A stretch of 45,131 bases of DNA from a virus. Its lineage: Duplodnaviria; Caudoviricetes. The position numbers and the translations under genes were made by a program. This document shows positions 1-8,937 of the stretch, piece by piece (the stretch's first letter is position 1; the number at the start of each line of letters is the position of its first letter). The notes beneath the pieces were generated by a model. The model saw only the letters and a list, made by a program, of their open reading frames with translations, did no database searches and was not told the origin of the DNA. The stretch lies in the IMG/VR virus record IMGVR_UViG_3300020131_000002, positions 1 to 45,131 of that record. One strand, written 5' to 3'.

Positions 1-127
1 GAGACCAGTAACGGGGCGGGCGATCACGCCGATCTTCCCCGCGATACAGGCTCGAGCGCGGTTTCGAATCTCCCCAACACCGACACGGAACAGACAACCT
101 GGAACTCGGAAAACGAGCAGCGCAACA
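1..127. repeat. Terminal direct repeat, copy 1 (identical to 45005-45131); assembly circularisation overlap
   Basis: gagaccagtaacggggcggg...gagcagcgcaaca occurs at both ends. 127 bp is a typical assembler k-mer, and the repeat lies inside one continuous ORF. Confidence 0.95.
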
Positions 128-1188
128 CGTATGTGGTTAAGGGCTATGAAATCTATGTACGGCTGATTCCTAAGATGTGGCAGCTTGGAACTGGGGATAG
201 GGAAGAAATCTGGATTTTCACTCGCAGTTCGAGCGGGGTGATTATCGGAGCACAGCCCCTGCCCAACTGGCATGGTCAATTCGGCTTTGACATCATCGAG
301 GATGAAGTGGACGGGTATAACCTGTTCGCGAAGTCAGGGCTGGAAATGATGAAGCCGCTTAATGATGTGATGAGCTGGCTTGTCAACACGCACTTTTATA
401 ATGTCCGGGCTTCGCTGAACAACCAGTTCGTCGTTGACCCCTCGATGCTGGTTATGAAGGACTTCGAGAATCCCGACCCCGGCAAGTTGCTGCGCATGAA
501 GCCGGCTGCCTACGGCCGCGACGTCCGGAGCATGATCGCTCAGCTCCCCGTTGCCGATGTGACGGGCCGGCATCTCTCCGATATGGGCGTGGTGGCGGAA
601 ATGATTCAGCGCGCTACGGGCGTGAACGATAACATCATGGGGCTGGTCAATCAGGGCGGGCGGAAAACGGCGACCGAAACTCGAAGCAGTTCGACTTTTG
701 GCGTCAACCGGCTGAAAACGAAGGCCGAGTATTACAGCGCTATGGGCTTCATGCCGATGTCGCAGAAATTGCTGCAAAACTCCCAACAGTTCTACAGCAT
801 TGAGCGGAAGTATCGGTTGGTGGGGAGTCTTGCTGAATTTGCCCCCGACTTCGTGAATGTAACTCCGGAGCAGATTGCCGGGTTCTTCGACTTCGTTCCC
901 GTGGATGGAACTCTCCCCATCGACCGCTTTGCGCAAGCGAATCTGTGGGCCACGCTACTCGGGCAGATGCGGAATTTCCCGCAGGTCATGCAAACTTACG
1001 ATATGGCTAAGATATTCGGCTTCGTCGCGGGGCTGGGTGGGATTAAGAACATCAGCCAGTTTAAGGTGCAGGTCATTCCGAACGAGCTGGCTGAAAGAAA
1101 TGCTCAAAGTGGTAACAGTATTCCAGTTACCCCCGGGGCGAACTTGAATGAGCCGGGTCAAATCCCCGGACTGGGCGCGACAGGCTGA
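1..1188 (+). CDS. Portal protein, C-terminal part (continues from 44258 across the junction; about 644 aa in total)
   Basis: Position 1 is in frame with both ATG 44258 and ORF 133..1188. Follows TerL and has portal-like segments (NQFVVDP, MIQRATGVNDNIMG, TATE). Confidence 0.85.
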   Translation, partial: ETSNGAGDHADLPRDTGSSAVSNLPNTDTEQTTWNSENEQRNTYVVKGYEIYVRLIPKMWQLGTGDREEIWIFTRSSSGVIIGAQPLPNWHGQFGFDIIEDEVDGYNLFAKSGLEMMKPLNDVMSWLVNTHFYNVRASLNNQFVVDPSMLVMKDFENPDPGKLLRMKPAAYGRDVRSMIAQLPVADVTGRHLSDMGVVAEMIQRATGVNDNIMGLVNQGGRKTATETRSSSTFGVNRLKTKAEYYSAMGFMPMSQKLLQNSQQFYSIERKYRLVGSLAEFAPDFVNVTPEQIAGFFDFVPVDGTLPIDRFAQANLWATLLGQMRNFPQVMQTYDMAKIFGFVAGLGGIKNISQFKVQVIPNELAERNAQSGNSIPVTPGANLNEPGQIPGLGATG

Positions 1189-1248
1189 TTCGGAAACAAG
1201 CATTGACGGAAGCTCGTCATATGTATATTTTGACGGAAAGGAAAAAGC

Positions 1249-1542
1249 ATGGCAGAAGATAGAGAGCTGAGCCTGCGGGAGCAGAAAGACTTGTGGCAGA
1301 GCTTCACAGCGCACGAAGGCTGGAAGATGCTGGTAGAAGTCATCCGCTCTCAGGTGGACAATCGAAAGGGGCTGATCTTCGCCCCCCTCGAAGGCCACGA
1401 TAAGGTGTTTGCGCAGGAGTACTTAAAAGGTGAGGCGGCTTTTGGTGAGCTTATCCTCACCCTTCCGACTACGATGTTGGAGCAAGTGCAGGTTGAACTT
1501 GACCAACTGAAGCAGTCTAATTCAACTGAAGGAGAGAAATGA
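1249..1542 (+). CDS. Small conserved head-region protein (97 aa)
   Basis: ORF between portal and scaffold with AAGGA RBS; helical, as often seen after podovirus portals. Confidence 0.7.
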   Translation: MAEDRELSLREQKDLWQSFTAHEGWKMLVEVIRSQVDNRKGLIFAPLEGHDKVFAQEYLKGEAAFGELILTLPTTMLEQVQVELDQLKQSNSTEGEK

Positions 1543-2408
1543 TGTTTAAAAGATCTTGGCTTTTTGGACGTGTGTACCGGAATGAAACTGACGGTGACGG
1601 CGGTGATACCGGTGGCGCTCCCTCCGTAGGCGTTGTTGAAAACGGCCCTACTAACGTTGATACTGATTGGGCAGGTATTAGTGATGACTCAGGTGAAAGT
1701 TCGAGCGACTTTGTCCCGGCCGCAGGGGAAACTCCCGCTGTACCGGCAACCAATGTTGTTGAACCTGCGCCCGTAGCGCCACCAGTAGCTGCGCCGGCAG
1801 CCCCCGCTGTGGAGCCGGTGGTACCACCTGCAACAACCCCTGCTGTCGAGCAGACCCCAGCTGTGGAGAATACTCCCGCAACTGGTGTGCCTCAAACGGC
1901 GGAGGAACTTGCGGTTCTTCGTACCAACTATTTTAATGAGCTGGTTAAGGATTACCAGATTCTGCCTGAGGATGCAGCACGACTGCAGACTGAGCCGGAA
2001 AATGTTCTTCCTGTACTGGCGGCGAGAGTGCAGATGCAAGTGCTCGATGCTGTATTTTCCACCCTACCGCAGCGCGTTTACGCTATGATTAATCAGCACA
2101 CGCAAGCGGTGGAGCGGGAGAATAAAGCTCAGTCGGATATGTTTACCGCATACCCGGCTTTGAAAGATCACAAAGATGCTGTACTCCGTGCAGGGCAGAT
2201 GTATCGCGCGGTCAACCCAAAGGCTCCTCGCGATGTAGCTCTTAAGGCGATTGGTGATTATTGTATGCAGATTCTTGGCTTGCAAAATCCCGTTGTCCCA
2301 CCGGCTGCTGTATCTACCCCTGCGAATCCATTCGTTCCTGCTCAAAGCTCGGGCGCAGGTGGACCTCCGCCGGCCGCTGATGAGTGGGGCTTTCTAGATG
2401 ACGATTAG
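1539..2408 (+). CDS. Putative capsid scaffolding protein
   Basis: Immediately upstream of the capsid gene; acidic Pro/Ala-rich disordered N-half and helical C-half; GGAG RBS. Confidence 0.7.
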   Translation: MMFKRSWLFGRVYRNETDGDGGDTGGAPSVGVVENGPTNVDTDWAGISDDSGESSSDFVPAAGETPAVPATNVVEPAPVAPPVAAPAAPAVEPVVPPATTPAVEQTPAVENTPATGVPQTAEELAVLRTNYFNELVKDYQILPEDAARLQTEPENVLPVLAARVQMQVLDAVFSTLPQRVYAMINQHTQAVERENKAQSDMFTAYPALKDHKDAVLRAGQMYRAVNPKAPRDVALKAIGDYCMQILGLQNPVVPPAAVSTPANPFVPAQSSGAGGPPPAADEWGFLDDD

Positions 2409-2422
2409 TAAGGAGTAATACC

Positions 2423-3610
2423 ATGGCTGCTATTGCAGGCTTAAGAGGTACAGGTGATTGGGCAACTGATGAACGCCCAAAAAATTTCCGTGAGGCCATT
2501 CTCTGGCGTGACCCTAACGGCGTCACACCCCTCACGGCGCTGATGTCAAAGGCGAAAAGTGCAGGTACGGATGACCCGGAGTTCGCATGGTGGGAAGAAG
2601 AGCTGAACCAAATTCGTGTGCAGTCTGACGCGACTGGTGCCAGTGCATCTTCTACGGCCCTCGGCTTGACGAGTGGTGGTTTGGACCTGGTTGTTGGTGA
2701 CCTGCTGTTGGTTGAAAAGGCTGACGCCGAAACCTACGATAACGAAATTGTGGAAGTAAGTTCTGTTACTTCTGACACGGCTATCGTGGTCAAGCGTGGT
2801 CAAGCTGGTACTTCCGCCGCGGCAACTGGTGCAAGTGCGTATCTGACGAAAATCGGTAATCGCTTTGCTGAAGGTACCGGCGCGCCTACCGCCAGCACCC
2901 GCAACCCAACCAAGGTCTATAACTACTGTCAGATTTTCAAGACAGTGTATGAAATGACCCGTACTGCAAGTCAGACGAAGACTCGCACCGGCGATCCGCT
3001 GAAGAATGACAAAAAGCGTAAGATGTTCGATCACTCCGTAAGTTTGGAAACCGCATTTATGTGGGGCCGTCGGAGCGAAACAACTGGTGCCAATGGTAAG
3101 CCTATGCGTACCACCGGCGGCTTGCGCTCGTTCATCAGCACCAACGTAACGGTGTTCGCTACCACCCCAACGGTGAATTCGGTTCTGGACGCCCTTTATC
3201 CAGTGTTCGACTACAGCGGTGAAGGTGCTGGCGACGAGCGTATTATCTTCGCGGGTAACGGTGCACTGAACGCATTCAACAAGATGATCGCTGGCAACAG
3301 CAACGTCAACGTTGAGTACGGTGGTGTAATCAGTACCTACGGTATGAAGCTGCAACAATTCGTCACCCCTCAAGGTATTTTCTACATCAAGACTCACCCC
3401 TTGATGAATACCCACCCACGTTTCACGAACTCCATGTTCGTGATTAACGGTGCGGGCCTGCGTTACCGTCATCTGATGGATACCAAGGCTCAAGAAAATA
3501 TTCAAGGTAACGACGAGGATACCAAGAAGGGCCAATGGATTTCGGAAGTTGGACTGGAAGTCAACCACGAAAAAACCTTCGCCTACCTGGGCAATGTAAC
3601 TTACCCGTAA
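2423..3610 (+). CDS. Major capsid protein (HK97 fold, SU10/DUF5309-like)
   Basis: 395 aa with strong AAGGAG RBS. Motifs TPLTALM, FAWWEEEL, EG...P, NYCQIF, RTTGGLRSFI and EVGLEVNHEK are typical of this capsid family. Confidence 0.85.
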   Translation: MAAIAGLRGTGDWATDERPKNFREAILWRDPNGVTPLTALMSKAKSAGTDDPEFAWWEEELNQIRVQSDATGASASSTALGLTSGGLDLVVGDLLLVEKADAETYDNEIVEVSSVTSDTAIVVKRGQAGTSAAATGASAYLTKIGNRFAEGTGAPTASTRNPTKVYNYCQIFKTVYEMTRTASQTKTRTGDPLKNDKKRKMFDHSVSLETAFMWGRRSETTGANGKPMRTTGGLRSFISTNVTVFATTPTVNSVLDALYPVFDYSGEGAGDERIIFAGNGALNAFNKMIAGNSNVNVEYGGVISTYGMKLQQFVTPQGIFYIKTHPLMNTHPRFTNSMFVINGAGLRYRHLMDTKAQENIQGNDEDTKKGQWISEVGLEVNHEKTFAYLGNVTYP

Positions 3611-3633
3611 GGGCAAGTGTTTTAGTGTAATTA

Positions 3634-3666
3634 TTGGGCCGGTGATTATTTTAATTTCCGGCCCAT
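3634..3666. promoter_or_regulatory. 33-bp palindromic motif, copy 1 (may also act as a hairpin after the capsid gene)
   Basis: TTGGGCCGGTGATTATTTTAATTTCCGGCCCAT; aligns without gaps to five other copies. Confidence 0.75.
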
Positions 3667-3681
3667 TTCACGGAGGGCGTT

Positions 3682-4332
3682 ATGAAAAACCCTTTAATTG
3701 TAGTAGGAATTCCCAGCGGTACCGATTGGAAAGCGGATTTTGCTCTAAGTGTTATTGGGCTTGTGGCAAACGCTTCAAAGCCCTTGGCCGACGGAAGCCA
3801 TATCCGGATGTTAAGGATACATAACACAAAAGGCAGTATCCTTCCCCGCAGCCGGCAAATGCTGGCGGAGCTTGCGCAAAAGGAGAATGCAACGCATTTG
3901 CTGTTTGTAGACTCGGATATGGTTTTCCCCGCCTACACACTGCATCAGTTGCTAAAACATGATAAAGACATTGTTGCAGCGAATTGCGTTACGAAAGTTA
4001 TTCCAGCTCATCCTACGGCCCGGCAGTTTAGCCTCAAAGAGCCGGCGGGTACGTTGGTCGATTCGCGAGAGAAGTCGGGTCTCCAAAAGGTCTGGCGAGT
4101 CGGGACAGGGGTAATGCTGGTGCGGATGTCAGTATTCGCGAAGATTGAAAAGCCCTGGTTCCCCATCACGTGGAATGAAACGAATCAGGACTACACTGGC
4201 GAGGACTGGAATTTCTGCCGGCTTTGTGAAGAGGCCGGGTTCGACATTTGGGTTGACCACGATTTGAGTAAGCACATTGGGCACATTGGGGCCTTAACAT
4301 ACGATACCTCACACCAAGGAGCGAGATCATGA
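3682..4332 (+). CDS. GT-A fold (family 2-like) glycosyltransferase
   Basis: LLFVDSDMVFP (DxD motif), VGTGVMLV, GEDWNFC and GHIG motifs; GGAGG RBS. Confidence 0.85.
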   Translation: MKNPLIVVGIPSGTDWKADFALSVIGLVANASKPLADGSHIRMLRIHNTKGSILPRSRQMLAELAQKENATHLLFVDSDMVFPAYTLHQLLKHDKDIVAANCVTKVIPAHPTARQFSLKEPAGTLVDSREKSGLQKVWRVGTGVMLVRMSVFAKIEKPWFPITWNETNQDYTGEDWNFCRLCEEAGFDIWVDHDLSKHIGHIGALTYDTSHQGARS

Positions 4333-4757
4333 GTAAGAGTTCAAGTTTTGAAAATTCACTGCTGTTGCTGATTTTTAATGGAACGGGCATTGCGGGGCTG
4401 GCCGACAACGATGCGACGAGTCCGAATACGAATTTGTATGTGAGCCTGCACACGGCCGACCCGGGTGAGGGAGGGAATCAGTCCACGAATGAAATTGCCT
4501 ACACGAGTTATGCTCGGGTTGCGGTACCCCGCGACGGAACTGGCTTCACCATCACCGATAATGTGGCGAATCCAACTACAGCTATTAACTTCCCGGCGGG
4601 TACGGGAGGCAGCGGTACGGCTACCCACTTCGGGGTTGGGATGTCTGCAAGTGGTGCCGGTGTGCTCTTATACTCAGGTGAAATTACTCCGAACGTTGTT
4701 TGCGGTGCAGGCGTTACCCCACAACTTACTACCGCGACCTCCATCACTGAAGAGTAA
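4329..4757 (+). CDS. Virion structural protein (decoration or fibre-anchor-like)
   Basis: LYVSLHTADPGE...NEIAYTSYARVAV...FP...ATHFG pattern common in phage virion proteins that precede fibre genes. Confidence 0.65.
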   Translation: MSKSSSFENSLLLLIFNGTGIAGLADNDATSPNTNLYVSLHTADPGEGGNQSTNEIAYTSYARVAVPRDGTGFTITDNVANPTTAINFPAGTGGSGTATHFGVGMSASGAGVLLYSGEITPNVVCGAGVTPQLTTATSITEE

Positions 4758-4767
4758 GGAGTAAAGC

Positions 4768-6252
4768 ATGGCTAAAGCGCTTGTTCTCTGTTCTCGCTTT
4801 TCAACGTCTTTTGGGATAACGACGCATAACCTGCGTGCGGCCGGGATTAACGCGCTTTCGGCCGGTACAGAAGACCTTGTTAAGCTTGTGTTGCAGGAAG
4901 GGGCAGTGTTTAGCCGACTCGGCGGCTATTTAACGGCGTCGAGTCCAAACCCTGTTCTCTCCTCGCGGGCAAACGCTGCAGCTGGTGCGCAATCAGTTAC
5001 TATAACCGGATTAGCATTTGTAGAAGACACTGTTAACTCGGATACAATGATCTCCGGCCAGTCGTATAATATGCGGATGGTTGTATCGGCAGGGGCGTCG
5101 ACTGGGTATTTTATCCGTCAGCACGTAGAAATGACCGATTATGGTACATTCCTTATGGCGACGGGGTCTGTCAATTTTAATACAGCTAGTGCTACACGGT
5201 ATATCCCTATCAGTGGTGAACTGTCCCTAAACTCAGGGGGAGTTTTTCCTGAGTGGAAGAACTACGGATTTACCCACTGTACAATGATACAGTTGACCGT
5301 ATCGTCTAACTTGCGTACGACAAATACGCTCCTGCATCTGCAGGTGAATGGGACAAACCAGCTCACCCTTACTATTCCCCCCGCTACAACTGGGGTACTT
5401 ACGCAGACGGGAAATGTGGCAATTGCTCCCGGCGATACCCTACGTTATCAAATTGTTAACGGTACAGGGTCAGAAACGTTAACGCTGATTAACGTAACCG
5501 GAGGATTTAAGTCAACGGCGTCTAGGCTCGATTTCCCCTTTAATGGGTCGTTAACGCACGCTGGTGGAACTGGCTACATCCCCTTTGGCGGACTTACGGC
5601 GCGGACGAATGAAGTGCAGGCTCGAGTACCTATCGGGTACTCGGGTAAGGTTAGTAACATACGGGCGCGGTTTAGTTCAATTGTAGGGACAGGCGCACTT
5701 TACCTTCGCAAGAACGGTGTACGGGTGATTTCGCTTAATGTTGTGGGCGGAACGACGTTTTATGAAGAGTCCGCCACGCCCGTCGACTTCAGCGACACCG
5801 ACGAGCTAAGTTACGAATACGATTTTAGCAGCCTGACCTCAGCAACGCTGATTACTCTTGGCGCGACAATCGAGGCCACTAACATCGTGAGCGGAGCAGG
5901 GACAGCCTCGGGAAGCAGTGCCGCTGCAGCTGTTGCCCCGACTATATCCTCAAGCGTAGGGTTGGCCGAGGGGACGTCGGGGGCAGCGGCTGCGGGTGTG
6001 CATGTTATGGGGGCGCAGGGAACAAGCGCGGGCTCATCAACAGTTGAAGGCGACATCTTTGTCTTTTCTATCGGTTATACCGCCGGTTCTGTTAACTGCC
6101 TTGCGGTGGTGCTGGCCGTTGGGACAACCTTTTCCCAGGCCGTAGGGACGAGCGAAGGCAGTAGTGAAGTGCTGGGGATTGGTAAACAAGTGGGGTGGCG
6201 GCGCAGTGGCGCGGTCTCGGGGGGATGGACTCAACAGGAGGTGGAAGTATGA
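4768..6252 (+). CDS. Putative head or tail fibre with about three tandem beta-rich domains and C-terminal G-x-A/S-x-G-S-S repeats
   Basis: 494 aa, Thr/Ser/Gly-rich; repeated YIP(I/F)xG modules and ~20-aa C-terminal repeats; AAGGAG RBS. Confidence 0.55.
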   Translation: MAKALVLCSRFSTSFGITTHNLRAAGINALSAGTEDLVKLVLQEGAVFSRLGGYLTASSPNPVLSSRANAAAGAQSVTITGLAFVEDTVNSDTMISGQSYNMRMVVSAGASTGYFIRQHVEMTDYGTFLMATGSVNFNTASATRYIPISGELSLNSGGVFPEWKNYGFTHCTMIQLTVSSNLRTTNTLLHLQVNGTNQLTLTIPPATTGVLTQTGNVAIAPGDTLRYQIVNGTGSETLTLINVTGGFKSTASRLDFPFNGSLTHAGGTGYIPFGGLTARTNEVQARVPIGYSGKVSNIRARFSSIVGTGALYLRKNGVRVISLNVVGGTTFYEESATPVDFSDTDELSYEYDFSSLTSATLITLGATIEATNIVSGAGTASGSSAAAAVAPTISSSVGLAEGTSGAAAAGVHVMGAQGTSAGSSTVEGDIFVFSIGYTAGSVNCLAVVLAVGTTFSQAVGTSEGSSEVLGIGKQVGWRRSGAVSGGWTQQEVEV

Positions 6253-6881
6253 CACGCGACGAAATAAGCGATCTTTTGGCCCAGCGATTAAACAATCGCA
6301 CGGACTTGGTTGCTCGGATTAACAGCGAGCTTGTGTTGGCACAAAGCATGAGGCTTGAGCAAAACGGGCTGTTCTACCCTTGGTTCCTCGTTACGGAATA
6401 CTCTGCCGAGATGACAGAGATGGACGAAAACCGCGTTCCTATCCCGAGTGATTTCTTGTCGGAAATTGAAGATGTCGGGTTGTGGGTGCAGAATGAAGTG
6501 GAAGAGTGGGTTCCGCTGGTCAAGGGGGATGAGGACGATCTGATGTCGCGGTTGGGTAGCACCTCCGGGCGCCCCACTTCGTACGCACTCATCGGGGAGC
6601 ATTTCAGTCTTTTCCCCATCCCTGACGACAACTACACAATTCGGATGAGGTATTATGCAGCGCAACCGGCCCTCACCTCGAATATTGAAAATGGGTGGAC
6701 AAAGTATGCTGCCGATCTTTTGATAGCAGAAGTGGGGGAGGCGATTGCGGCTTTCCACATGCAAAACCCGGCACTGGCTGCAGAATTCACTAAGAGCAAG
6801 GCGGCAGCTTGGGCTCGCCTGGGGATTGCGCACGAAGCGCGTATACACGCAAACAGAGAATACACGATGGGAGGGAATTAA
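6249..6881 (+). CDS. Head-tail adaptor (tail tubular protein A-like)
   Basis: ATGA overlap with the upstream stop; GRPTSY...LFPIPDDNYTIRMRYY...NGW pattern of podovirus adaptors. Confidence 0.7.
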   Translation: MTRDEISDLLAQRLNNRTDLVARINSELVLAQSMRLEQNGLFYPWFLVTEYSAEMTEMDENRVPIPSDFLSEIEDVGLWVQNEVEEWVPLVKGDEDDLMSRLGSTSGRPTSYALIGEHFSLFPIPDDNYTIRMRYYAAQPALTSNIENGWTKYAADLLIAEVGEAIAAFHMQNPALAAEFTKSKAAAWARLGIAHEARIHANREYTMGGN

Positions 6882-6882
6882 A

Positions 6883-7716
6883 ATGCCGGTTGAAACAGCA
6901 ACTTATGTGAATGATTTGGTTGCAACTTACCCGGAGCACGGGAATCCGAAGGCGGAGGGGGACAACCATCTCCGGCTGATTAAAGAAGTGCTTCAAGCGA
7001 CCTTTCCGAATTTGGGCGGACCGCTACTGCGAAAAATCGATAAGTCGGCAGACTATACAGTTACCCCTACCGACACCACGGCGATGTTTAACTGCACGGC
7101 GGCGATGGTGCTTGCCTTCGAGCCGGCAGCAGACCTCGGCGCTTCACACGTGATCTCAGTGTATGCGAACGGTGGGGCGGTGACACTTAACCCTGACGGA
7201 GCGGAACTGATTAATGGAGCGGCGACCCTTGTCATCCCCTCGGGAACTTTCATCCTCGTGTACTGCACCGGGACGGGGTTCTTTGCTGTCACCCTGAAGG
7301 AACCGATCTACGAGGCCTTTAAGGTGGGAGCAATTTACACAACGGTTAGCCCGACCAACCCCGCCACGAGCTTGGGCTATGGCACCTGGGTAGCTTTTGC
7401 GACGGGGAAGGCCCTTGTCGGCATTGACCCCGCAAATACCCTGATGGATGTTGTCGAGGAAACTTTCGGCTCAGCCAACTCGGTGAATGTCTCCCACACC
7501 CACACGGCAACGGTAAACGATCCAGGCCACAGACACGGCGGGATTCCGACCTCAACGGGGGCTGGTGATGCCTTCGACGGGGATGGCGCATTCAGCGGGT
7601 TTACCTCCTTCGCCACTACCGGCATCTCGGTAAGTATTGCGAGTTCTGGGGAGACCGGGGTAAATAAGAATTACCAGCCGTCTATTGCTGTGTACTTCTG
7701 GAAACGTACGGCGTAG
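6883..7716 (+). CDS. Tail fibre-like protein with T4 gp10-like C-terminal domain
   Basis: N-terminal MPVETATYVNDL...GDNHLRLIKEVLQATFPN attachment motif; C-terminal VGAIY...NPATSLGYGTW...NYQPSIAVYFWKRTA. Confidence 0.75.
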   Translation: MPVETATYVNDLVATYPEHGNPKAEGDNHLRLIKEVLQATFPNLGGPLLRKIDKSADYTVTPTDTTAMFNCTAAMVLAFEPAADLGASHVISVYANGGAVTLNPDGAELINGAATLVIPSGTFILVYCTGTGFFAVTLKEPIYEAFKVGAIYTTVSPTNPATSLGYGTWVAFATGKALVGIDPANTLMDVVEETFGSANSVNVSHTHTATVNDPGHRHGGIPTSTGAGDAFDGDGAFSGFTSFATTGISVSIASSGETGVNKNYQPSIAVYFWKRTA

Positions 7717-7725
7717 GAGGCCAGC

Positions 7726-8019
7726 ATGATCGAGCAGATACCTGAGAAGATTGCCGGAATGCTGAATTACATTCCTTTTTTAACGCTTATTATAAAGGAT
7801 CAACCAACCCCAGTTACTACCCGGCTTATCGAAACAGGTATTATGTCGGTGATTGCGGCAGTTGGGGGGATGTATGTAGCGGTGCCACTGATTCAAAAGG
7901 ACATCGAAGTGCTGAATGTAAATATTCAGCGCATAGATGACAAGGTGGAGAAAGTGGATGAAAAGGTCGAGCGGCTGCGTGGGGACTTGTACACACCTAG
8001 AGGGGGGTACGAAAAATGA
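7726..8019 (+). CDS. Putative holin or membrane protein
   Basis: 97 aa with a hydrophobic segment followed by a charged coiled-coil tail; directly upstream of the lysin. Confidence 0.5.
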   Translation: MIEQIPEKIAGMLNYIPFLTLIIKDQPTPVTTRLIETGIMSVIAAVGGMYVAVPLIQKDIEVLNVNIQRIDDKVEKVDEKVERLRGDLYTPRGGYEK

Positions 8020-8519
8020 GCAAAGTGCTGGTTAAACCGTTGTGGCTGGAGATCGGCTTAAACTACCTGGGGAAGGCAGAGATCCCGGGGGTAAAGACTG
8101 CGCCTTTCATCTCGAAGGCGCTTTTGCTTATGAAGGCCTGGTGGAAAGATGACGAGACCCCTTGGTGTGGAGTTGCGCTCGGGGCGGTAATGCGGTTGGC
8201 GGGAGAGCAAACCCCGAAAGCCTACTACCGGGCCCGGGCCTGGGCAGACTGGGGGACAAAGCTCCCCATGCCAGCCTACGGGTGTGTGGTCGTGTTTGAG
8301 CGTGGTGGGGCTGGGCATGTGGGGCTGGTAGTGGGTTCGGACGCTCGGGGCCGCCTGATGGTGCTGGGAGGGAATCAGGGAAACGCTGTTACCATCGCCC
8401 CCTTCGATCCGAGCCGGGTACTTGCTTATCGCTGGCCAACGGGAAGCCATTACCCTCTGCAGTACAGTTTGCCGGTATACGGGGCTAATGGCCTGGAAAG
8501 CTCGAAGGACGAAAAATGA
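8016..8519 (+). CDS. Endolysin, TIGR02594-like (NlpC/P60-CHAP cysteine peptidase)
   Basis: DDETPWCG, GHVGLVVG, LGGNQGNAV and YRWP motifs. Confidence 0.85.
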   Translation: MSKVLVKPLWLEIGLNYLGKAEIPGVKTAPFISKALLLMKAWWKDDETPWCGVALGAVMRLAGEQTPKAYYRARAWADWGTKLPMPAYGCVVVFERGGAGHVGLVVGSDARGRLMVLGGNQGNAVTIAPFDPSRVLAYRWPTGSHYPLQYSLPVYGANGLESSKDEK

Positions 8520-8929
8520 TTAAGTACCGCTCGGGGTATAAGTATCAGCTCGTAGAGGATTACGGGCTGTTCCTTGATAAAGCGCCAGCGGAACTTATTC
8601 AAACACGTTTTATCACTTTTGAGCCCACCGGGTTTTTCCACGTAAGGCAGGATTATGCGTGGGACGGCCCGAGTGGTCCGACGATTGATACCCCCGACTT
8701 CATGCGCGGCAGCCTCGTCCATGATGCCTTTTACCAGCTTATGCGGCTTGGGCTGCTCGACCGGAAGTGGAGAAAGTATGCGGATGAGTTGCTGCAAAAA
8801 CTCTGCTTAGAGGACGGGATGGACAAGGCTCGGGCGATGTACGTGTACACGGCCGTTCGCTTGTGGGGGCACACTTCTGCAACAGGGCCGGAGAAAGAAA
8901 TTCTCCACGCCCCAACAAAATGTAACTGA
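8516..8929 (+). CDS. DUF1353-like protein
   Basis: YAWDGPSG...SLVHDAFYQ...RKYADELL...AVRLWG pattern. Confidence 0.75.
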   Translation: MIKYRSGYKYQLVEDYGLFLDKAPAELIQTRFITFEPTGFFHVRQDYAWDGPSGPTIDTPDFMRGSLVHDAFYQLMRLGLLDRKWRKYADELLQKLCLEDGMDKARAMYVYTAVRLWGHTSATGPEKEILHAPTKCN

Positions 8930-8937
8930 GGTATATT

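Noticed and set aside
1-127. 127-bp terminal direct repeat as a biological genome terminus
   Set aside because: It falls mid-portal gene and equals a common assembly k-mer, so it only shows the contig is circular.
1201-1240. TTGACGGAA repeated twice, with a possible promoter before the 97-aa gene
   Set aside because: The -10 match is weak at proper spacing and the repeat is too short to call.
2546-3616. 356-aa antisense ORF over the capsid gene, and similar long shadow ORFs (334-936, 11165-12418, 16968-17615, 35994-36872)
   Set aside because: They mirror well-supported genes on the other strand and show no recognisable motifs; expected from codon bias.
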